Shown here in pieces: positions 25,513 through 33,773 of a stretch of DNA of 64,000 bases. Made by a program: the position numbers and the translations under genes. The notes beneath the pieces are model-generated. The model was not told the DNA's origin. It ran no database searches and saw only the letters and a program-made list of their open reading frames with translations. The stretch is from Clostridia bacterium. Its GTDB lineage: Bacteria > Bacillota > Clostridia > Christensenellales > UBA3700. The DNA lies in the NCBI GenBank assembly GCA_029061605.1, contig JAIDRT010000030.1:1693-65692 (forward strand), given 5' to 3'. Position 1 is the first letter of the stretch; the number at the start of each line of letters is the position of its first letter.

Positions 25513-25541
25513 TTGATTTTTGATGGCAGATATGATATAAT
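25513..25541 (+). promoter_or_regulatory. Promoter of ORF-D
   Basis: TTGATT, a 17-nt spacer, then TGaTATAAT (extended -10). Confidence 0.55.
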
Positions 25542-25566
25542 CGCATTAATTTAAATGAGGAAAAGT

Positions 25567-26091
25567 ATGATTGAGAGACTAATTAAAGAAGTAGAATGTT
25601 GTTTGAAAAATGAACTTTATATGTCGGCTTTAACGATCGTATTAACTTTGCCGGATATTTGTGGTAAAGCGGAATTTCCTGAATTAGGGAATGGAGAACG
25701 TTATAGAAAATGGTTGGATCAATATGCTTGTTCACAAGACTTCAATATAATTAGGAGTGAAGAGATATATAAATTGCGTAATAGCATGCTGCACCAGGGT
25801 TCCCCAACAACAAAAAAGAAAGGGGAAGACATTGATGAATTTGAGTTACTTATACAAGATCCAAATAGAGCGAGCAAAATGATGCAATCTAGGTATCAAG
25901 ATTTCAATAAATGTGTATTGAGTATAAATATAGAGTCTTTATGTGGACTTATTTGTTCGGCATCAACAAAATACTATGCTAATAATAAAGAGAAATTTGG
26001 TTTTATTAATTATCGAATAGTAAGCATGGATTATAGTACAGCGAAAATTTTTAGAATAGACAGAGAAGCTGTTAAAATAAAATTTGATTAA
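25567..26091 (+). CDS. Island ORF-D: small helical protein with a HEPN-type RNxxxH motif (putative RNase, Abi-like)
   Basis: About 174 aa counted from ATG 25567, with a GAGG RBS 6 nt upstream. 'KLR75NSMLH80QG' (numbering from ATG 25555) fits Rx4-6H with Asn after the Arg. Confidence 0.4.
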   Translation: MIERLIKEVECCLKNELYMSALTIVLTLPDICGKAEFPELGNGERYRKWLDQYACSQDFNIIRSEEIYKLRNSMLHQGSPTTKKKGEDIDEFELLIQDPNRASKMMQSRYQDFNKCVLSINIESLCGLICSASTKYYANNKEKFGFINYRIVSMDYSTAKIFRIDREAVKIKFD

Positions 26092-26121
26092 ACCATATGA
26101 AAGATGAGCAAATTAATAAAC

Positions 26122-26183
26122 GCAAGCCGTTACGTAAGTAGTGGCTTTTCCATTGACACATAAACCATTACTTGTTATAATAA
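26122..26183 (+). repeat. Copy 2 of the terminator-plus-promoter junction repeat
   Basis: Hairpin GCCGTTAC-GTAA-GTAGTGGC with a T-tail. Then the consensus TTGACA (26153-26158), a 17-nt spacer, and TATAAT (26176-26181). Confidence 0.75.
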
Positions 26184-26309
26184 TGGAAAGATCATTGAAC
26201 ATAGTGGCGCAGTAAATACCTTTGAGTTTTTTTGGGAAAACGGGTTGATTAAGCCATCATAAATATAAATTTCAATCTAACATAATGAAAATCAAAGAGG
26301 TATTACAAT

Positions 26310-27020
26310 ATGAGAATCCAGACATTTGGCAACAAAAATAATAAGGCGGTTTTGCTAATTCATACGCTATTTACAAGCGCGGACTTTTTTGCTCCCATAA
26401 CACAGTTGCTTGCAAATGACTATTTCGTTATCGTTCCAACGTTGTCTGGGCACTATGAAAATTCTGCGTATGTATCAACAGTTGATGAGATAAGACAAAT
26501 AAAAGAGTTCTTGGCTGAAAATAATATCAAAGTCCTTTATGCTGTTGCAGGATTTTCTTTGGGTGGCAATATCGCGTATGAGTTCTTTTGCAATAATGCC
26601 ACAATGATTGAAAAAGTAGTCATAGATAGTGCGCCACTATTCAATTTTCCCAAATTTGTAAAAAATCATTTTCTTAAAAATTATACGAAATGCTTAAAAA
26701 GAATTAAATCGGGTAAGTATGACGTTGCTCATGAATTGAACAAACATTTTAACGGTATGGGGGAATACCAAAAGTATATTGCGCCCATTGTTTCGCAGGA
26801 AAGTCTAGACAGTCTTGTGGGAAGCTGTTACAACACAAAAGTTTACAAACTGCCCCCAACCGAATTGAAAAAAGTTACCTTTATTTATGGCAGTAAGGAT
26901 ATAGCCAGACTTTGTAATATGCGATTAAAAAAGTATCATATCCGTAAGATGAAAGACTATGGGCATTGCGGATTTTATCGGGAAGATCCCGTTGAGTGGG
27001 TAAAACAATTTATTCTGTAA
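26310..27020 (+). CDS. Alpha/beta-fold hydrolase
   Basis: 236 aa. Nucleophile elbow 'GFSLGG'. C-terminal 'DYGHCGF' is a candidate catalytic His. Confidence 0.7.
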   Translation: MRIQTFGNKNNKAVLLIHTLFTSADFFAPITQLLANDYFVIVPTLSGHYENSAYVSTVDEIRQIKEFLAENNIKVLYAVAGFSLGGNIAYEFFCNNATMIEKVVIDSAPLFNFPKFVKNHFLKNYTKCLKRIKSGKYDVAHELNKHFNGMGEYQKYIAPIVSQESLDSLVGSCYNTKVYKLPPTELKKVTFIYGSKDIARLCNMRLKKYHIRKMKDYGHCGFYREDPVEWVKQFIL

Positions 27021-27080
27021 GGTAACATAAACTGTAATTTAGCGTTCCAAAGTAAAAAATTAAGTATTGAGAAGAGCAGG

Positions 27081-27108
27081 GCTACGGCAAAACCGTAGCT
27101 CTTTCTTA
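27081..27108 (+). terminator. Intrinsic terminator after the hydrolase gene
   Basis: GCTACGG-CAAAA-CCGTAGC followed by a T-rich tail. Confidence 0.6.
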
Positions 27109-27263
27109 GATTTAGATAGATTAAAATATTATAATTATTATAATAAAAGGAAAATCCTTTTTGTACAATGAGAACCTAATATGGGGAGTGGAGAGCAGTT
27201 GCTCACAGAAGAAGAGACGGCAAGGCAAGAAGAGAAAAAGTAGGCAAAAAAGCCTAAAAACAA

Positions 27264-27311
27264 AGAAAAACACACGCTTTCGGAGTAATTTGTACGCTCC
27301 TTTTGCGTGTG
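27264..27311 (-). terminator. Terminator downstream of tRNA-Ser (minus strand)
   Basis: On the minus strand, a CACACGC / GCGTGTG stem with an inner stem, followed by TTTTT. Confidence 0.5.
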
Positions 27312-27317
27312 CTTGGG

Positions 27318-27338
27318 TGGCAGAGAGTGAGGGATTTG
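27318..27338. repeat. Proximal copy of the att-type direct repeat (inside the tRNA-Ser 3' end)
   Basis: See 21439-21459. Confidence 0.75.
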
Positions 27339-27407
27339 AACCCTCGGAACGGTTTCCCGTTCACACGATTTCCAATCGTGCGCCTTCGACCACTCAGCCA
27401 ACTCTCT
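27318..27407 (-). tRNA. tRNA-Ser(GGA): tRNA-Ser (anticodon GGA)
   Basis: The reverse complement folds as a cloverleaf. Acceptor AGAGAGT / ACTCTCT. Anticodon arm CACGA-TTGGAAA-TCGTG. Long variable arm GAACGGGAAACCGTTC. T-arm GAGGG-TTCAAAT-CCCTC. Discriminator G and an encoded CCA. Confidence 0.9.
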
Positions 27408-27753
27408 ATAAAATCTATTAGGGTTTGGACAAAATCTATGTGGAGATTTTGTCGTCACTTGCGTGAACAACTGTGATAATAGCATAAAAAAAGTTTTTTT
27501 GCAAGCAATTTATTGATCAAATATGGATAAAATAAATTATATAAAGTAATTGCGTGTCATTGCGGATTGAAGAATTAAGTAACAAAAGGCAAGTCAAAGG
27601 TGATGGTTTTGTGCTATTATTGAGAAAAATGTAAAATTTTGTATAAATTTTTCCTAAATAAAAAAACATTACGCAATTTATGATTGCATAATTGGCATTG
27701 GCAGTGTTATACTATTGTTGAATTTTATTGATATTATAGCCTACGGAGGGACT

Positions 27754-29241
27754 ATGGAAGAGAATACCAATGGAGAATTGACTTTTAGAAAGATTTGGCA
27801 ACAAATTAAAAAGAGCGGAGTAAGGATAATAGTTTATGCTTTTATTGCGATCATTGTTTGCGGCGGAATTTTGGGAATTTGCGATATATTCGTAAGTCAA
27901 AGTCAATATGAAACAAGAATTACTTATTATTATTCCGGAGCAGAACTTGGCGAAAACCCTTGGGGCGGTCAAGAAGACGTCGTATCTGACATCAAGTCGG
28001 CAAACAACGTATCCACGGCTTTGGAAAAACTGCAATACAGCGACGAAGAGAAGGACGCTTTGGTGAATTTGATTATAAGAAATCTAAACGTGATGTCTAC
28101 GGTTGACAAAGAGGTTGTCAGCGAAGCGGGCGTATTGATGAGCGCAAATTACAGTTATAGAATAGTTCTGTCCCAAGATCCGGCTATAGATAAACTTCTC
28201 AAATCAAGAAACGATTACAACAATATATTGAGCGCGGTAACTACAAATCATATTGAAACATTCAAGAGAAAGTTTTCTTTCAGCACGTCTCTTGGAAACT
28301 TGACGGTTTTGGACAGTTACAATGCATTTCAAAAGTATGATACGATACGCGGATATCTCAACGCATTCTCCGAAGAAAGCAAAACTTGGGCAGAGAAGGC
28401 TCCTGCTTTTGTATCAACGAGCCAAGATATGTCATTTGCTTCTTTGAATACCCGCATTCAAATGGCGTCGCAGAAGTTGGAGAATTATCTCAACTTTATA
28501 CTCTTCAACGGAATCAACGCGCACGGTGAAATTCAATACGTTGAATTGAAATTAAAAGAGGCTAACGACACAATAGCAAACTGTGAGGAAAAACTCAAGA
28601 CGCTCAACGAAGTGCTTGCGGTGATAATGCAAAACTACGACGTTAATTTGCCAAGTTCCGGCACAATAATTGTCAATCCTCCGGCAGAGTTGAAGACGGT
28701 GGTAGACGATATAAGCCAGGCTGTGAGCGAAAAGACGCTGGCTCAAACGGATAAAAACTCTTGGGAAACTCGTAAGACGTATTTTAATTCTCAAGACTTT
28801 GACAGTAAGACGGAAGAGCAAAAGAATGCTCTTATCAACACCGCTAATACTCTTGAACTTGAGGCTATCAACGAGTATAATGCGCTTGTAGACGGATACA
28901 AACTTATGATCGAAGAGTACAACAGCGGATATAACGTAAGTTCACTCGTTAGAATGACGTCGGTGCCGACGCAATCAACAAATTCTCCAATCACTGTGAA
29001 AATAGGCTTGATAGTGGAGTTGATGGTATTGATAATTGCAGTCATCATAGCAATGCTTGTGACAAGTAAAAAGGGCGCTATGGTACTCAAGAAGAAAGCC
29101 GCTGAAGAGTCTCAAGAAGTCGTATTGATAGAGAACAGTCAAGTTGGCGACGAAGAGGAAAATGCCGAGCCGCAAGGTTTGCCTGCTCAGGGCTTGGGAG
29201 ATCCGACGGATCGCGATATAGATTCAAGCGAAGTTGAATAG
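27754..29241 (+). CDS. Polysaccharide chain-length-determinant-like (Wzz/CpsC-type) bitopic membrane protein
   Basis: ATG 27754 lies behind GGAGGG. One N-terminal and one C-terminal TM helix flank a coiled hydrophilic domain of about 400 aa. Adjacent to an O-antigen-ligase-like gene. Confidence 0.5.
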   Translation: MEENTNGELTFRKIWQQIKKSGVRIIVYAFIAIIVCGGILGICDIFVSQSQYETRITYYYSGAELGENPWGGQEDVVSDIKSANNVSTALEKLQYSDEEKDALVNLIIRNLNVMSTVDKEVVSEAGVLMSANYSYRIVLSQDPAIDKLLKSRNDYNNILSAVTTNHIETFKRKFSFSTSLGNLTVLDSYNAFQKYDTIRGYLNAFSEESKTWAEKAPAFVSTSQDMSFASLNTRIQMASQKLENYLNFILFNGINAHGEIQYVELKLKEANDTIANCEEKLKTLNEVLAVIMQNYDVNLPSSGTIIVNPPAELKTVVDDISQAVSEKTLAQTDKNSWETRKTYFNSQDFDSKTEEQKNALINTANTLELEAINEYNALVDGYKLMIEEYNSGYNVSSLVRMTSVPTQSTNSPITVKIGLIVELMVLIIAVIIAMLVTSKKGAMVLKKKAAEESQEVVLIENSQVGDEEENAEPQGLPAQGLGDPTDRDIDSSEVE

Positions 29242-29283
29242 AAAACAAAAACGCTTAAAAGAATAAATTATACAAATTTTGAC

Positions 29284-29310
29284 AAAACCCGACTTTGAAG
29301 TCGGGTTTTG
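29284..29310 (+). terminator. Intrinsic terminator
   Basis: AAAACCCGAC / GTCGGGTTTT 10-bp stem. Confidence 0.7.
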
Positions 29311-29349
29311 CTATTGACAAACCTTTTGTCATTGGTTTAAAATAAACGT

Positions 29350-30801
29350 ATGGATACTGTGGTAATCGGTGAAATAAACAAAAGAAGTCAAAAGTTTGAG
29401 ACCTTGCAAAAAAGGGTGGCGTACGTCTTGTTTGCGGGAGTTATGCTGGTGCTGTTGCAGGCATTTTTTTGTTTGACGCTTGTAGGCACAGTTACAAACA
29501 CCGTGTCAAATAAATCCCATTTTATGTATTATTCGCAGGTGTATTTGAAATTTTGCTCAATGCTTTTGACGGTTTTTTTGCTTACGTACTACATTATCAA
29601 AATATACGTGAACGTTGAGAAAAGTACGGTGAAGATGGGCAAATTCACGCAAGATAATATGATACTTCTTCCATTTGCGTTTATGCTTTTATGGGCGCTT
29701 ATCGCAACCTTTAAATCTCCGTATTTTGAAAAATCCCTATACGGCGCAGGGTATATCAACGAGGGCTATTTTACAGTCTTGCAATACGCCGTTGTATTTC
29801 TTTCGGCGTATGCAATTAGGGACGAAATAAAGTGGGCTAAAGAAGCAATGCTTTGGACGTTCATATGTATGGCAGGGCTAATATGTTTTGTATTCATAGG
29901 TATTGAAATTACGAAGTACAAGATCCCTACGTCGTTGAAGTCGGGAGTGTTCAATAACTCTAATCATTACGGTTATTTTTTGGCTATGTCGTCTACCGCT
30001 ACGTTTGGAGCGCTTGTATATTCCAAGAGGAAGTGGCAGATATTTTTATCAGCAATTTTGCTACCTTTAAATATTTTTAACCTTTTGGCGTGCAACACTT
30101 TGGGCGCGAATATAGCGTATATATGCGGAATATTTTTTATATTATGCAGTGGCTTGATAACCAAAAAACTTGACTGGAAAAGACTTGTTATCGCTTGCGT
30201 TTTGTCAGGCGTCGTCAACTTGATAATAGAGGTTTCCGGCAGGACGAATATGTGGGAATCCTACGTTCAGTTATTTAAAGATATCAAAAGGGTAATTTCG
30301 CCGGGATCGGGCAGCGAGGGCGGAGACGATAACAGTTCTGCAGGTACTGGCAGATTTGGTCTTTGGGTACGCACTATTGCCGTAATAAAGCAAGTGCCTT
30401 GGTTTGGCAAAGGACTTGATTTGTATCACGCAAACAATATCTATGACACGTCTCTTGACGTGTCGCACAACGAATATATTACAATGGCAAGCAATATAGG
30501 CATACCGGGTCTTGTGATGTATCTTGGTACGGTGATATGGTGGTTTATCAGAGCCGTAAAAGCGAGAAAAATACTCACGGTATGCGATCTTACGTTGCTT
30601 GCCACAACATTTGCTTATTTGATTTCTGCGGTATTTGGCAATTCGTTTACGTATACGTATCCCTACCTTCTCATATTTTTGGCGTTGAGTATGCAAAAAC
30701 CGTGCGTCAGAGAAGATAAGTATAAAAAGTTGCAAGAAGCAAACGACGGTCTTATCAATACTTCTCAACTTGAAAAAGCAAGTGAGAGAGTTGCGGCGTA
30801 A
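29350..30801 (+). CDS. O-antigen ligase/polymerase family (Wzy_C-like) polytopic membrane protein
   Basis: 483 aa with at least 10 hydrophobic helices. Loop 'SHNEYITMASNIGIPGLVMYL' is typical of the family. Confidence 0.6.
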   Translation: MDTVVIGEINKRSQKFETLQKRVAYVLFAGVMLVLLQAFFCLTLVGTVTNTVSNKSHFMYYSQVYLKFCSMLLTVFLLTYYIIKIYVNVEKSTVKMGKFTQDNMILLPFAFMLLWALIATFKSPYFEKSLYGAGYINEGYFTVLQYAVVFLSAYAIRDEIKWAKEAMLWTFICMAGLICFVFIGIEITKYKIPTSLKSGVFNNSNHYGYFLAMSSTATFGALVYSKRKWQIFLSAILLPLNIFNLLACNTLGANIAYICGIFFILCSGLITKKLDWKRLVIACVLSGVVNLIIEVSGRTNMWESYVQLFKDIKRVISPGSGSEGGDDNSSAGTGRFGLWVRTIAVIKQVPWFGKGLDLYHANNIYDTSLDVSHNEYITMASNIGIPGLVMYLGTVIWWFIRAVKARKILTVCDLTLLATTFAYLISAVFGNSFTYTYPYLLIFLALSMQKPCVREDKYKKLQEANDGLINTSQLEKASERVAA

Positions 30802-30979
30802 ACTATTTTAAAAAATTTTGAGGTATTTTTGCAAAGAGAGTATAATTTTATTTGCGGAAGCGTATCATTTGTTCAAACAAAATGAAAAATTATTCAAAAT
30901 CTTATTGCAATATAATTAATATTATATTATAATTATACTTGCTATTATATTACTTCGTTCGCTAAATAGGAGTTTAAGA

Positions 30980-32506
30980 ATGAAAAAAATATCAATAATT
31001 TTGATAATTTGCCTGGTGGCTTGTATGGGAATTGCGATTTTTACAGGTTGTAATCCTTCATTCGGTCCGGTGGGCACAATGGAATACAAGGACAGTCCAG
31101 TCGTCAACAACGGCGGGCTCGTCGTACAGCAGGGCGGATATCTCTATTACGTCAACGGAATGGACTCTACGTCTAATATCGTCAAGCCTGAAGACAACGC
31201 TTTTGGCAAGGCTTCTGTCAAGGGAAGCATTATGAAGAGCAAAATCGACGCCGACGGAAATTTGAGCGATACGGCAGTCGTAGTGCCAAAGATGTTCTAT
31301 ACTGCGGCATCAAACGGCGGTTTTTATATCTACGGAGAGTGGATATATTATCTCTCGCCCAACACTAAGGCTGACAATAAGTCAAACGTATTGTCGTCGC
31401 AGTCCGTTGCATTCCGTACTAAGATCGACGGAACAAAAACTCAAGAGATTGCCACGCTGACGTCAAATTCTACGCAATATACCTTTACTGACAAAGAATT
31501 CATATATTTTGAAGACAGCGTTTTGAAGAAAGTCAGTTATGACAACGACAAAATCAATAAAAAGACGGAAAATATTCAAGAGGACGTAACATCCGCTTTG
31601 TTTACAGCAAAGTCAAACGTGGTATTCTTTTTGAAGTCTACCGACTCTAAAGTGCGTCTCAACAACAATATCTACGCTTACGTCAACGGTGAAGTAAAGG
31701 CAATCACCAACGACGCGACTTATGATACGGAAGGCAATTTGAGCGACGATAACTTGAAGAAGCAATATACTTTTACTCTCCTGACTTTTGACGCGAAGGA
31801 AAATACGCTTTTCTACAGCAAGGTAAGCAACGACGCCGACGCTTCTAAGAAGACTTCGACTTACGCTTATAAATTTGACGAGAGTTATTCGTTTGATACG
31901 GCAAAGGAAGTAAGATATGCTACTTCCGCTCTTACAGGATCGTCTATAATAAATCTTGGAGAGAGTAAGATACTTTATACGGCAGCGGCTGAATTGCAAA
32001 TCTATAAAGCCATATCTGAGACTGCAAGTGAAAACGATACGCAAAAGGGCGCTACGCTTTTGGCTACAGGCGCAGAAATCGTCAAGATAGACGGCAACGA
32101 TATGTACTATATTTTGAGCAATACGCTTTATAAGATCGATTATACTGATAAGAATGCCATAACTCAGAAGTTGAGCGAAGACGCAATTCATACTTCTTGG
32201 CTCACGCGTTCAGTAATAGGCAACTACTTGTATTTTATTGACAATACCTATAACTATATGTATAGAGTTGACCTCACGGCGTTTAAAGGTGAAAACAACA
32301 ACTTCGAATATGCGGAGGGCGCTATTGTCAGCGGCACTCGCAAGGCGACTTTGACCAAAGATGACGACGATAAAATAGTCATCAATTACGTTGCTGACGA
32401 CGCAAACGAAGAGGGCGTGAAGTATTATCAAATTCCTAAGTTTATGACTTCTGACGACGCTCAAAAATATGCCGAAGCCATTTACGAAGATGAAGACGAT
32501 AAATAA
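30980..32506 (+). CDS. Lipoprotein with Tyr-rich beta-propeller-like repeats (DUF5050-like)
   Basis: Signal peptide with lipobox 'IFTGC'. Repeated 'GGYLYYVNG', 'GEWIYYLS', 'DMYYILSNTLYKIDY' and 'GNYLYFID'. Confidence 0.55.
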   Translation: MKKISIILIICLVACMGIAIFTGCNPSFGPVGTMEYKDSPVVNNGGLVVQQGGYLYYVNGMDSTSNIVKPEDNAFGKASVKGSIMKSKIDADGNLSDTAVVVPKMFYTAASNGGFYIYGEWIYYLSPNTKADNKSNVLSSQSVAFRTKIDGTKTQEIATLTSNSTQYTFTDKEFIYFEDSVLKKVSYDNDKINKKTENIQEDVTSALFTAKSNVVFFLKSTDSKVRLNNNIYAYVNGEVKAITNDATYDTEGNLSDDNLKKQYTFTLLTFDAKENTLFYSKVSNDADASKKTSTYAYKFDESYSFDTAKEVRYATSALTGSSIINLGESKILYTAAAELQIYKAISETASENDTQKGATLLATGAEIVKIDGNDMYYILSNTLYKIDYTDKNAITQKLSEDAIHTSWLTRSVIGNYLYFIDNTYNYMYRVDLTAFKGENNNFEYAEGAIVSGTRKATLTKDDDDKIVINYVADDANEEGVKYYQIPKFMTSDDAQKYAEAIYEDEDDK

Positions 32507-32544
32507 TCGTTGAAAACTTAAATAACAAAGTTATTAAAAAAATA

Positions 32545-32563
32545 CGCTCCCGAATTGGGAGCG
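32545..32563. terminator. Bidirectional terminator between convergent genes
   Basis: CGCTCCC-GAATT-GGGAGCG flanked by A-rich and T-rich runs. Confidence 0.6.
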
Positions 32564-32583
32564 CATATATTTTACGTTGATTT

Positions 32584-33615
32584 TTAAAGCGTAATAGTTA
32601 CCTTATTAAGGTTTCTCGGAGTGTCGACGTTGAGACCTTTTGCAAGACCTATATTGAGCGCCAATAGGCTTACGGCAGTGCCGTAAAGCACAGGGGCTTC
32701 AAAGACGTCCGCGTCGGGCATAACTATAGCGTTGGTTGCGCAAGCAAGTACTTCAGGAATATTGCTAAACGCAGTCAAATTCGCTCCGAGACCTTTTATT
32801 CTTTGCGCCATTGCTGCGAATTCGGCGTCAAAGTTGCCCTTTGGCGCAAGCATAATTACGTTGGCGTTTTCGTCAAGAAGGGAAAGCGGACCGTGCATAA
32901 AGTTGGCGGAAGAATAAGAACGATTGAAGAGGTAACAGCACTCTGTCAATTTCAAAGCGCACTCGTCGCCTGTGCCAAGCATTGTTCCGCGCGAAAGTAC
33001 TATAAAGTTGTTGAGCGTATGCAGATTCTTTGCCACGCCTTCGATAGTAGGATTGAGATTGAGAATTTCCTGTATTCTGTCAGCGAGTTCTGCATAACTT
33101 GCGTTAAAGTCGCCTTTAAGGGCGCTGGTAAGCATATACAGAGCAAAAAGTTCGCCTATATAGGTCTTTGTCGCAGCGACGCTCTTTTCTTCTTCAACGT
33201 CCATAAACAGATGGAAATCGCACGCTTTTGCAATGGGGCTGTCTTGATTGTTGGTTACGGCAATCGTCATAGCGCCGTTTTTGATAGCCTTTTCCATTAC
33301 GGCTACCGTATCTTTGGACATCCCGCTTTGGGATATTATTACCATACAGGTATTTTTCATATCGACGTCGGCGTCGTATACGGTCGTCAACGACGGATGA
33401 TATTTTCCTACTTTAATGCCTGTGATAAGGGGACATACGAATGAAAATACCGTTGCGGCGTTGTCGGAAGTACCTCTAGCCATAGTTATGATATTGGTAA
33501 TGCCTTTGTCTTTAAACGCCTTATAAATTGCCGGCAATATGGGCTTGCAGGCGTTTATAGTGCGTTTCATCATAGAAGGCTCGCTGAAAATTTCTTGTTG
33601 CATTAACGTGGTCAT
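32584..33615 (-). CDS. SIS-domain sugar-phosphate isomerase/deglycase-like protein (GlmS isomerase-domain / AgaS / FrlB type)
   Basis: 343 aa. 'ARGTSDNAA' and 'VIISQSGMSKDT' are SIS motifs. No glutaminase domain. Confidence 0.7.
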   Translation of the reverse strand: MTTLMQQEIFSEPSMMKRTINACKPILPAIYKAFKDKGITNIITMARGTSDNAATVFSFVCPLITGIKVGKYHPSLTTVYDADVDMKNTCMVIISQSGMSKDTVAVMEKAIKNGAMTIAVTNNQDSPIAKACDFHLFMDVEEEKSVAATKTYIGELFALYMLTSALKGDFNASYAELADRIQEILNLNPTIEGVAKNLHTLNNFIVLSRGTMLGTGDECALKLTECCYLFNRSYSSANFMHGPLSLLDENANVIMLAPKGNFDAEFAAMAQRIKGLGANLTAFSNIPEVLACATNAIVMPDADVFEAPVLYGTAVSLLALNIGLAKGLNVDTPRNLNKVTITL

Positions 33616-33773
33616 TTTACACCTCTCAACTATTTTTATATTATACGCCCCGCCAAAGCGCTTAAATTTGCAGAGGCGGAGTATTTAATTGTCTTATATA
33701 TTATATCATATTACGCGGACTTAAGCAATATATACTGTCTTTATTATATGTAAATAAAATCAAATGATTTCCA

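Larger units (their letters stand above)
21460..27317. mobile_element. Integrase-less, low-GC genomic island between the tRNA-Ser repeat copies
   Basis: Bounded by the 21-nt direct repeat. Hand-counted 60-nt lines give roughly 25-33% GC in 21.9-26.1 kb, against ~43% in the one flanking prophage line I counted. Codon usage is rich in AAA, AAT, ATA and TTT. Confidence 0.65.

Noticed and set aside
27138-27485. ORFs of 115 aa (minus strand) and 86 aa (plus strand) overlapping the tRNA-Ser region.
   Set aside because: They run through a clear tRNA gene and its terminator. They have no RBS and their sequence is low-complexity.
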